A stretch of 64,000 nt of DNA from a virus (taxonomy: Duplodnaviria; Caudoviricetes). Below are positions 53,482 to 64,000 of this stretch, piece after piece. The notes below the pieces were generated by a model, which worked only from the letters and a program-made list of their open reading frames with translations, was not told the origin of the DNA and did not search any database. The position numbers and the translations under genes were made by a program. The stretch spans positions 61,584 to 125,583 of IMG/VR virus record IMGVR_UViG_3300042924_008490. One strand, 5' to 3'. The stretch's first letter is position 1; each line of letters begins with the position of its first letter.

Positions 53482-56400
53482 ATGGAAAATCTCGGTAAAA
53501 AAATTAATAGTCAACTTCATAGTCAACTTAATAGTGAAATTACTAATCAACTTGATAGGCAATTTGAAAGTCAACTTCGAAATCAAATTATTTATCAACT
53601 TCATAGTAGACTTAATAGACAACTTTTTTGGCAACTTGATAGTGAACTTTATGAGCAACTTAAAAAACAAATGAAGGATGGAAAATTTAAATGAACAAAT
53701 TGATAGCGGTTTTAGGAGTCAAATTGATTTTGAACTCTGTAGGGAACTTGAATATCGGCTCGATAGGTATCTCAAAATTAAACTTCATAATAAATCTCAA
53801 CTTCTTAGTCCGTTTTATAGTGAAATTAATAGACAAATTCATATACAACTTCAAAATCAAATGGAGCATGAAAAATTTAAATAAAGAAGAATGCAGTGGT
53901 CTTAATGAGCCATTGCTTAACAGGCTTGAATGGGAGTTCAATAGAAAGCTTGAAGTTCAGCTTGAACGTAAGCTTTATAATGAAATTCATAGGGAAGTCA
54001 AATGGGGGCTTTACGGTCAAATTCAAAGGCAACTTGAAAAATTAAAGGAAGATGAAAAATCTCAATGATAAAATATGTAATCAACTTCGTAACCAACTTC
54101 GAAATCAAATTCGTAATCAACTTGAAAGTCAACTTGAAAGTCAACTTTATTGGCAACTTAATAGGCAACTTCAAAATCAAATGGAACATGAAAAATTTAA
54201 ATAAAGAGCTTGATAATGGTCTTAATAATAAAGTTAGTCCGCTTTATAGTGAGGTTGTTAGTTACCTTCAAATTGACAATAAACTTTATTGGGAACTTGA
54301 ACGTCTGCTTGATAGGGATGTCAGAGAGTTACTTTATAGTGGACTTAATAGTCAACTTTATAATCAGCTTTATTTACAAATGGAACATGGAAAATTTAAA
54401 TAAGAAAATCTTTAATAGTATTGATAGTAAACTTCATAGTCAACTGAGTAGTAAATTTCATTGGAGGCTTTACAGTGAGATTAAAAGTGGGGTTAAAACT
54501 CAAATGGAACATGGAAAATTTAAATAAGAAAATCAGTAATGGAATAGCAGGGGAGTTCATTAAGCTCAGTCTTATGCAACATTTAAATTTAGAATGGGGA
54601 TTGAGTAGTATGCTTATTGGTAAATTGGATGGGGTAACTGTTGGTTTTAACATGCAACTTGGTAGTCAACTTAAAAAAAATATAACAGATGGAAAATTTT
54701 AATCTTATATTGACTAAAAAAATTAGGAGTCAACTTTATAGGCAAATTAATAGACAATTTTATAGTCAACTTGATAGGCAACTTCGTAGTCAATTTAATA
54801 TTCAACTTAGTAGTCAACTTGATTGGCAACTTCATTGGGAGCTTAATAGTCAACTCCATAGTAAAATTAATAGTCAAATTAATAATCAACTTTATTGGCA
54901 ACTTCATTGGGAGCTTAATGAACAACTTAAAACTCAAATGAAAGATGGAAAATTTAAATAAGAAAATGTATAGGGGTTTTCATATTAAACTTGATAGTGA
55001 ACTTGATTACCAAATTTGCAGGCAACTTAAAAAACAAATGAAGGATGGAAAATCTCAGTAAAAAAATTAATAGTCAACTTCACAGTCAACTTTATGATAA
55101 ACTTTATGGGCAACTTTATAGTCCACTTGATAGACAACTTCATAATCAACTTCATAATAAACTTGATAGACAACTTGAAAGTCAAATTTATGAGCAACTT
55201 TATGGGCAACAACGTGTTCAACTTAGAAGGCAACTTAAAAAAACTAAAGGAATATGAAAAATCTCAATAATAAAATCTGTAATCAACTTAGTGAAAATAT
55301 TAATTTTCAACTTAATAAAAAAAAATTAGATTGGCAGCTTAGTGTAGAGGTTTATGATAAATTGAATGCCCCACTTTACATTAATTTACGCAGTCAGCTT
55401 AACGGTCGCATTGGTACACAACTTTACAGGGAGATTAATTTACTTCATTGGGAATTTAATGAACAATTTATAAAACAAATGGAAGATGGAAAATTTAAAT
55501 GATAAAATCCGTAGTGGTCTTAATTTGCAACTTGATATTCAACTTGATTGGCAAAGTTATTGGGGCTATAGGGACTATAGAAACCTAATTCGTAATCAAC
55601 TTGAAAGTCGACTTTATTGGCAACTTGATAGTGGACTTGATAATCTACTTAGTAATCAACTTAAAACTCAAATGAAGAATGGAAAATTTAAATAAGAAAA
55701 TCCGTAGGGGTTTTAATATTAAACTTGATAGTGAACTTAACAACGAACTTGATAGGCGAAGTTATTGGGACTATAAAACCCTAATTCGTAATCAACTTCG
55801 TAATCAACTTGAAAGTCAACTTTTTTGGATACTTGATGAACGACTTGGTGAACAACTTAAAACTCAAATGGAACATGGAAAATCTCAGTAAAAAAATATG
55901 TAATCAACTTTGTAGTCAACTTGATAGTCAACTTGAAAATCAAATTAATAATCAACTTAAAACTCAAATGGAGAATGAAAAATTTTAATGAGAAAATCCG
56001 TAATCAACTTCGTAGTGAACTTCATAATAAACTTTATAAGCAAATTGATAGAAAACTTGCTATAGCTGTTCATTTGGAACTTGACAGTCAAATAGGTATT
56101 CAACCCTGTTTTGAAATTAATAAGCAGCTTAAACGATTAAATGGAAGATGAAAAATCTCAATAGGAAAATATATAGTCAACTTGGTAATCAACTTGATAG
56201 GCTAATTTTTTGGCAATTTGAAAGGCAACTTCGTAGTGAACTCGGTAAAAAAATTCGTAGTCCGCTTCGTAGACAATTCTATTGGCAGATTAATGAACAA
56301 ATTAAAACTCAAATGAAAGATGGAAAATCTCAGTAAAAAAATATGTAATCAACTTCTTAGTACACTTTACAGTCAACTTGGTAGAAAACTTCAAAATCAA

Positions 56401-59322
56401 CTTATTAATAAACTTAATAGACAACTTTATTGGCAATTTGATAGTCAACTTAGTAATCAACTTGAAACTCAAATGAAAGATGGAAAATTTAAATGAAGAG
56501 CTAAATAATAATAATCAACTTAGTAGTCAACTAAATAATCAAATCGATAGACAACTTGAAAGTCAAGTTTATGAGCACCTTTTTTGGCAAATCCGTATCC
56601 AACTTAATAGGCAATTGTATTCACCATTATATAATCCACTTTTTAATAGAATTTATAATCAAATGGAGCATGGAAAATCTTAGTGATAAAATTTATTGGG
56701 AGATATATAGAAGTTTTCATAATACGATTTGTTCTGAAACTTATAGTGGAATAGAATTTAAACTTCGAAAGAAGCTTGAGGAGAGTCTTTGTGAGGATAT
56801 TGAGGTTAAATGTCGTTGGCAGCTTTGTGGTGAAATTAATTTTCAACTTGAAAAAAATATTAAAAATGAAGAATAAGAATGATGAAATAACTGAAGGATT
56901 TGATTCTTTTAATAAAAATCTTCAATTGGAGATTATGAGTCAATTACAGCCATATGGTATTCATGCAAGGCTTGGTAATTTGCTTTCTGAGAAAATTAAC
57001 AGGAGTCTTAGATGGCAATTAAGAACTCAATTGGATATGTGCTTGATTGACTTTAAGATTAAAAAAAGTTATGTTTGAAATATGGAAAATCTTAGTAAAG
57101 ATATTAATAATGAAATTTATAGTCAATTAACTAATCAACTCCGTAGTCTACTCGGTAGTCAAATTGATTGGCAACTTCGTAGTAAACTTCATAGTCAAAT
57201 TGATAATCAACTTCATTGGGAATTTAATGAACAAATTAAAATTCAAATGGAACATGAATAATTTAAATGATAAAATTTGTGAAGATATAGATTTACTTCG
57301 CAGGAATCTCAATATTGATTTAAGAAAGCCACTTGATATCTATCTTTATAGAAGTTTGTATAGAGGGGTTATGGATGAGCAGATTGATGGGATTTTTTGG
57401 CAAATGTCTTTAATGGTTATGAACAAAATAAAAAATATTAAGAAAGATGAAGAATTTGAATTCTAAGATACACAGAGATATATATATCGATTTCATTCAT
57501 GAAATTGGTGAAGAGTTGACTGAAGGGAAGATAGATGGGGATTTTCTTTTTGAGCTTGACAGATTGATTTTGTCAAATGTGCTTTTTGATGCAAGGCGTA
57601 GTTTTAGATTGATTAATTCTCAAGTGAAACATAAAATTTCTAATGAAAAATCTGAACAATAAGCTTGAAAATAGGCTTAATAGAAAAATTGTGGACAAGC
57701 TCTATGTTCAAATCACTAAAAACCAAGATAGTGAGCTTCGTAGTCAACTTGATTGGCAACTTCATAGGAAAATTCGATTAAAAATTTTTAGGGGAATCGT
57801 TTGGAAGATGAGTGATAAACTACTAATTAAGCAACTTAAAAATAAATTGAAGGATGGAAAATCTAAATAAAAAACTTTGTAGTCAAATTGATAGGAAACT
57901 TGATGGGAAACTTAATAGTCAAATCTATAGTCAACTTCGTAGGCAACTTGAGAATCAACTTGAAAGGCAACTTGATTGGCAACTTGATTGGCAACTTCGC
58001 AGTCAACTTTATTGGGAACTTGAAAGTCAACTTGGTAATCAACTTAAAACTCAATTGAAGGATGGAAAATCTAAATAACAGGATGATGGTTTGTCTATAT
58101 TCTAATTTAGGAGGAGAGCTTCATAGGGAGGTTAGATGTAGTCTGAATAAAAAGGTTAGCAGTTTGATTGAGAGGCAGCTTCTAAGGAAATTTTGGAAAG
58201 ATATAGATTTAGAATTTAATAGATTAATAACAAATCAATTGAAACATGGAAAATATCAGTAAAGATATTAATAGTGAACTTAATAGCCAAATTCATATAC
58301 GACTCCGTAGTCAACTCGGTAGTCAACTTAAAGTTGCTCGTGAAATGCAACTTCTTAGTCCACTTTACAGTCAACTCGGTAATCAACTTGATAGGCAACT
58401 TTATAACCAATTTAGTACTCAAATGAAACATGGAAAATCTCAGTAAAGATATTAATAGTGAAATTTATAGTCAATTAACTAAACAACTCCATAGTCAACT
58501 CGGTAGTCAACTTAAAGTTGCTAATGAAATGCTACTTGGTCGTCAACTTATTAGTCAACTCACTCTTCAATTTAATATGGGACTTTGTAGTCTACTTGAT
58601 AGGCAACTTAAAAATCAAATGAAAAATGGAAAATCTCAGTAATAAAGTAAATATAAATATTCAAATGAAAATTTATAATATTCTCCACAGGCAAATTGAT
58701 AAAAAGGTTGGTATGAAAGTTCGTCTATTGATAGATAGACAACTTGGTAGTCGAATTGATAGTCAACTTCGTAATCAACTTGATAGGCAACTTGATAATC
58801 GACTTGAAAGGCTAATTTTTTGGCAAATTGATAATCAACTCAAATAACTGATTGCGTTGATAGCAAACTTGACTGGCAACTGAGTGAAGGTATTAATAGA
58901 TTACTTGAATTACATGTTAATAATTTAAAATAATATGAAAAATCTCAATAGAAAGATATATAGTCAACTTTATAGTCAATTGGATAGTCAAATTGAAAGT
59001 CAATGTAATGAACAAATTTATTGGCAAATATATTGGCAACTTCGTACTAAAATTGATATGCTACTTCATAATCAACTTAAAAGTAGAATTAAAAGTCAAC
59101 TTAAAAATCAAATGAAAAATGGAAAATCTCAATAGAAAAATTTATATTAAATTTGCGGATAGGTTTCATGGGGAATTTCGTAATGAGACTGAAAGGGAGC
59201 TTGATAGTTATCTTGTGGATGATGTTTTGTCTCGATTGAAGGTTAGGATATTTGTAGACTTAAATGTAGGAATCAATTTACAACTTCAGGAATTTAATAA
59301 TAATTCAAAAGAAATAATATGA
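53482..59322 (+). repeat. Tandem array of ~31 overlapping paralogous mini-CDS (M[EK]NL...xxQL repeats...QMxxGKxx)
   Basis: Conserved junction CAACTTAAAACTCAAATGRARSATGRAAAATYT; 12-nt internal period around CAACTT. Confidence 0.9.
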
Positions 59323-60152
59323 AATATATAATAGGAATTTTTTGGAAGTACAGATGGTCATTGGCATTGATATATTTTTTGATAGTGGTATGTGAGCTTT
59401 TGTATTTATTTTTTTGGCAGATATTAGGTTTGGCTATTGATGGGTTATTGGTTGGTGACTATTTTTATTTGGTTATATTGTTATTGGTAAATTTCTTTGG
59501 GAATTTATTACATTACCGTAGGATGATATATGATACGAGGGTATATATGCGGATAAACAATGACATTGTATATTCTTATTTAGGAGGATGTAAATTAGAT
59601 GTATCTGCTAAATCTGCTCGTACTGAGATGGCGAGTAACGTGGTTAATTTTTTTGAGAATGATGTGACTTATTACATAGGTTCTTTTATTCATATATTTG
59701 GCAGTTTATATTTCATATTTTATTTGAAGTATGAGGTTGGGTTGATTGTGATATGCAGTATAGTCTTCATAGGGTTTATTGTATATAAATTTTATTCTAA
59801 GATAGGTCAGATAACTTTGTTGATACATAATCATATGGAGGGTAAGGTTAAGGTTCTTGAATTTGGTGGGGATATTGGCATTCGTAATTTTTATGAGAGG
59901 CGGAAATTTTTGTTGGAGAAGAATTCTGAGATACAAGCGAAGCATTGGTTTTCTTTGAATATGGTTAGGTTGTTATTTTTGTTAGGATGTATAGTTGTGT
60001 TTACAAATGGGAATTATGGTTTGACACAGGGGCAGACGATATCGATGTATATGTATATAAATCAATTTTTGATTTCTTTGATGGTTATTCCTATAGCTGT
60101 GGAGACGTTTATGAGGATTAAGGATGTTATAAAAAGGTTGGGTAAATTTTAA
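59319..60152 (+). CDS. ABC-transporter six-transmembrane-domain-like protein without ATPase domain
   Basis: Multiple TM helices; LGLAIDGL, RRMIYDTRVY, VVNFFE, YMYINQF motifs. Confidence 0.65.
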   Translation: MKYIIGIFWKYRWSLALIYFLIVVCELLYLFFWQILGLAIDGLLVGDYFYLVILLLVNFFGNLLHYRRMIYDTRVYMRINNDIVYSYLGGCKLDVSAKSARTEMASNVVNFFENDVTYYIGSFIHIFGSLYFIFYLKYEVGLIVICSIVFIGFIVYKFYSKIGQITLLIHNHMEGKVKVLEFGGDIGIRNFYERRKFLLEKNSEIQAKHWFSLNMVRLLFLLGCIVVFTNGNYGLTQGQTISMYMYINQFLISLMVIPIAVETFMRIKDVIKRLGKF

Positions 60153-60164
60153 CTCAAAAGAAAC

Positions 60165-61648
60165 ATGAAAAATCTCAATAAAGAAATTTGTAATCAATTT
60201 GAAGTGAAATTTCGCCATAAGTTACTACATCAGCTTTACAATCAATGTGACATTCAAACGAAAGATATGGTGCTTAGTCATGTTAAGATTGAGCTTTTTC
60301 AGCAGTTATACAGAAATCTTAAAACTCAAATAGATTGGTTGCTGAAGAAAAATTTGAAATAAATTTCTTTTTTTGAAATATTATTTTTACCTTTGAGGGA
60401 AATAATTTAATTCTGATGGAACATGGAAAATTTAAAGGATAAAATTCATAGTCAACTTGGTACTCAAATTGATTGGAAACTTCATAGTCAACTTGGTACT
60501 CAAATTGATTGGAAACTTCATAGTCAACTTGGTACTCAAATTGATGGGAAACTTTATAATGAACTTGATAGTCAACTTAATAGGCAAGTCAATAATCAAC
60601 TTGATAGGCTAATTTTTTGGCAAATTGACAATCAACTTAAAACTCAAATGGTGCATGGAAAATCTCAGTAGAAAGATACATAGTTCCCAATTTGTTAAAA
60701 TTCATAGGGAGCTTAATGGAGAACTTGATTGGAGATTTAGTCTTAAAGTGCAGAATTATATCACCGATGAATTACAAATGAGAGCTGTCAAAATTATATT
60801 TGGTTTATTGAATATACAACTTTTGAAGGAACTTAAAAAGAAAAATGGAAAATTTTAATCGTGAAATCAGTAATAGAGTTCATGAAGAACTTTGCAATAA
60901 AGCCTATATTGAACTTTCTAAGCAATTATATTGGGAGCTCTATAGAACACTTCATACTCAATTGATGAATCCAATTGAAAAGCAATGTAGTGAGCAATTT
61001 TTTTGGCAACTTTATGGGCAACTTCAAAATCAAATGGAACATGAAAAATCTCAATAGAAAAATATGTAGTAAACTTAATAGTCAACTTGATAGTGGACTG
61101 CATAGACAAATTCGTGAGCAACTTCATTCGGAATTAGGTATGCAACTTGATAGGCAACTTTATGAGCAACTTCTTAATAAACTTGAAAATCAAATTTATG
61201 TGCAACTTTATGGGCGAATCAATAGGCAACTTAGAACTCAAATGGAAGATGGAAAATCTCAATAGAAAAATTCGTAATAGTATTCATTTGAAATTTAATA
61301 ATAGTGTTGAGAGGGTAAATTATCAATTCGATAGTAAATTACATAGTGAACTCCGTATGGAATTTAACAATCCAATTTACAATCAAATCAATTGGGAGCT
61401 TCATAGCAAACTAAATAATCAAATTCAAATGGAACATGGAAAATCTTAATTATGAAATTCTTCATCAATCTATGTGGAATATGTATGATGAAATAAAAAA
61501 ATCAAATTTTCAAATGGATGGTATGGAGGATTCAAAAAGAGTTGAAATTTTAGAATTTTATCTGCTTCCTTACTTTGTAAAATATGAAGAATATGAAATA
61601 GCTAATGAATTAAAAAAGCAAATTTTAGCGATTAGAAAATCTCATTAA
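60165..61648 (+). repeat. Continuation of the mini-CDS array (~7 units; last unit has an unrelated body)
   Basis: Starts at 60165, 60423, 60655, 60845, 61041, 61249, 61436; new TAccTTTG promoter near 60388. Confidence 0.85.
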
Positions 61649-61672
61649 TAAAACTTTTAAAATAAAATAATT

Positions 61673-62311
61673 ATGACAGCAGTAGAATGGTTTAAAGAAA
61701 ATATTTCTCACATGATACACTCTTACGATGAAACAGAACTTGAAGATTTATTTCAACAAGCTAAAGAAATGGAAAAGGAGCAGATAATTGATGCTTGTAA
61801 TTATGGAGATTTTGAAGAATTAGGAGAAAAATATTACAATGAAACCTACAAAAAAGATAAATTATGAAACAGACAGCAGTAGAATTCTTAGCAAAACAAT
61901 CATTAAATTATTTAAATGATGAACAAGAAAATAATTTAATAAAAGTAATTCAACAAGCCTTAGAAATGGAAAAGCAGCAGATAATAGATGCATTTCAATA
62001 TAAGTTTTTTCATCCTTATGCGGAAAATGAACCCGAAACTTATTACAATGAAACCTACAAAATAAAATAATATGAAACAAGAAACACTTGAAGAAGCTGC
62101 TGAAAAATATCATAATAAAATATCTAAAAAAAGAAATACTCAATTAGGTGTACCTTCAGAAGATTTTATTGCAGGTGTTAAATGGCAACAACAAAGAATG
62201 TATAGTGAGGAAGATATTCATAAAATAGTTGAAAGTTATCAAAATACTATGGAAAATAATCCTACTTATATAACTTATAACCAATGGTTTGAACAATTTA
62301 AAAAGAAATGA
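61673..62311 (+). other. Three small related hypothetical CDS (61673-61867, 61864-62070, 62072-62311)
   Basis: TAVE...QQAxEMEKxQIIDA...YYNETYK shared by the first two; MKQ start shared by the last two. Confidence 0.6.
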
Positions 62312-63050
62312 CAGCTGGAAAGACAGCATTTTTTTAACTTCAAAACAAACACAATGAAAACTTTAATTGAAAAAATAAAAGCATTGCGTACTTTTATATG
62401 TAGTTTATCTTTCAATCATTGGGTTGTTATATGGATAGTGGTTAGTTGTTTGTTTTGGTGGATTTATATGGGAACGTTTCTTCTTAGATAAATTATACAT
62501 AACACACAGATATCAAATCCTGTCAGGACAACAAAAAATTAATAGACTATGACACACAAAATAATTTCAACAGAAAATTATCTGCTTATTGTAGATGATA
62601 GTCAGATTACGGAATTGCGCAAGTTCTTCAAAGAAACTTATTTTATTTCAAAATTAATAAACCCTTATAAATAATATGAAAAATGTGATATCTATCGAAG
62701 ATTATAAAATGAAAGTAGCCATTGCTTATATTGCTGATAAATATGGATATGAGAAGGGTGAGCAATTTAAAAACGGTGAGTTTTATCCAAATGATGATAA
62801 ACAATTGGAGAATATTTTAAATTTTTTTAATCAACTTAAAAAATAAAAATATGAAATACGAAGCACTTAAAAAAGAATATTATGCGGTTTATGAAAAAGA
62901 ACCAAGACACCAAAATGAAAAGAATGGAGTGATACTTGCACCATATAAAACGAAAGAAGAAGCTGAACAAGCGAGAGTTAAATATGGTTATGGTGATGAC
63001 AACTACTATGTAGATAAACTCATAAATTAATTTTTTAAAATAAATCTTAT

Positions 63051-63464
63051 ATGGAGTTTATAAAGTGGTTTAATGAAATCTGTAAAGCACACAAATACAA
63101 GTGTGAAATTACGGAAAATTGTATTGAAAAAGATGGTTCTCGTTTATATTCTTGTATCAGAGGTGAAGTTAAATTTGAATATTACGTTGAATTTTCTGAA
63201 GGTAAGCCAATTTCTATACAATACAATGTTATTGATTTTAATGAAGACCATGAGTATAAGTACTATGAAAACGAGTCATGTTCAGAATTGACTGAAGATG
63301 ACATCAAAGAATGTATAGAATGGTTATTAGAGGAAGTTGACAATGTATATCGAGTTGACTGTAAGATTAGGAAAAAATTGGGTATTATTTTTGATTCAAT
63401 TGAAACTGAAGATGAATTGAAAATATTAAGGAATATTTTTGAGGAATTTGCTTCAGGGTGGTAA
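63051..63464 (+). CDS. Acidic hypothetical protein
   Basis: ORF track. Confidence 0.55.
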   Translation: MEFIKWFNEICKAHKYKCEITENCIEKDGSRLYSCIRGEVKFEYYVEFSEGKPISIQYNVIDFNEDHEYKYYENESCSELTEDDIKECIEWLLEEVDNVYRVDCKIRKKLGIIFDSIETEDELKILRNIFEEFASGW

Positions 63465-63486
63465 AAAATACATTACAAAAAATAAT

Positions 63487-63840
63487 ATGATAAATAAAAC
63501 AACAAAAAGATTGTTGAGCGCATCTCGACTTGGGATAAATTTTGATTATGGTAATGGACATAGATGGATTACCTTTTATGAAGATGAAGTAACCGACCAT
63601 GAAACTATGTATCAAAAACTTCAACGAAATAATATCGACCCGAATACAAAAGTTTATGGTAATGTTATTGACTGCTTAAATTTTATTGATTTCCTGCTCA
63701 AAAAGATGAACGAACCAATATTGGAAGAAAGGTTTGATGGATTTAATGACTGGGGATTTGATGATGAATTTGTAGGAAATCATACACCTTGGGAAGATAG
63801 CGGAACTGAAACGGATGAATATTTTGAGGAACGAACATAA
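63487..63840 (+). CDS. Hypothetical protein
   Basis: ORF track; likely ATG at 63487. Confidence 0.5.
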   Translation: MINKTTKRLLSASRLGINFDYGNGHRWITFYEDEVTDHETMYQKLQRNNIDPNTKVYGNVIDCLNFIDFLLKKMNEPILEERFDGFNDWGFDDEFVGNHTPWEDSGTETDEYFEERT

Positions 63841-64000
63841 AACTCATAAATTTTTTAAAATAAATCTTATATGGAAAACAACAAACCAACAATTTTTTGC
63901 GGTGTCTATCATGAAATGAAAGAAGTAGAAAAGAACAACTTTATTAAGATGATGTCTGAGGATGGAAAATATAATGTGGTTTTTGATGGTGGTAACACTA

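Noticed and set aside
53398-61449. Antisense and alternate-frame ORFs (KLTIKLPIK..., NFIVNL...)
   Set aside because: Shadows of the 12-nt repeat; real units start at M[EK]NL
53482-61648. Diversity-generating retroelement or CRISPR-like array
   Set aside because: No reverse transcriptase in the window, no template/variable pair with adenine-specific changes seen, and inter-junction segments are 100-250 nt open reading frames
1-64000. Stop-codon reassignment
   Set aside because: Long conserved genes are intact in code 11 and TAA, TAG and TGA all end plausible ORFs

Overview
AT-rich, gene-dense segment that reads as part of a large (probably jumbo) tailed phage infecting a Bacteroidota host. 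Evidence: dozens of Bacteroidetes-type TTTG-N~20-TAnnTTTG promoters, no obvious Shine-Dalgarno sites, phage-type genes and no host housekeeping operons. Four zones are visible. (1) 1-19.8 kb: SNF2 and DEAH helicases, DHFR, nucleases, tail-fibre-like genes and a set of unrelated proteins sharing short N-terminal leaders; many of these genes follow an ATATTTATA motif. (2) 19.8-28 kb: repeat-rich control region with five perfect parS palindromes, CGTATA-rich tandem repeats, a dispersed ~150-bp element, candidate small RNAs and ArdC. (3) 28-47 kb: ~50 short co-oriented early-type genes, about half of them preceded by a 45-bp covarying palindrome fused to a host-type promoter, overlaid by a strand-biased GGACA motif and followed by a nested inverted-repeat locus, ParB, a tRNA-like RNA lacking a normal anticodon arm and an endolysin. 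(4) 53.5-61.6 kb: tandem array of ~38 overlapping paralogous mini-ORFs built from a 12-nt (xxQL) repeat, with conserved junctions and lengths quantised in 12-nt steps; this is the best candidate for an undescribed system. All calls are by eye from motifs; no database searches were run.
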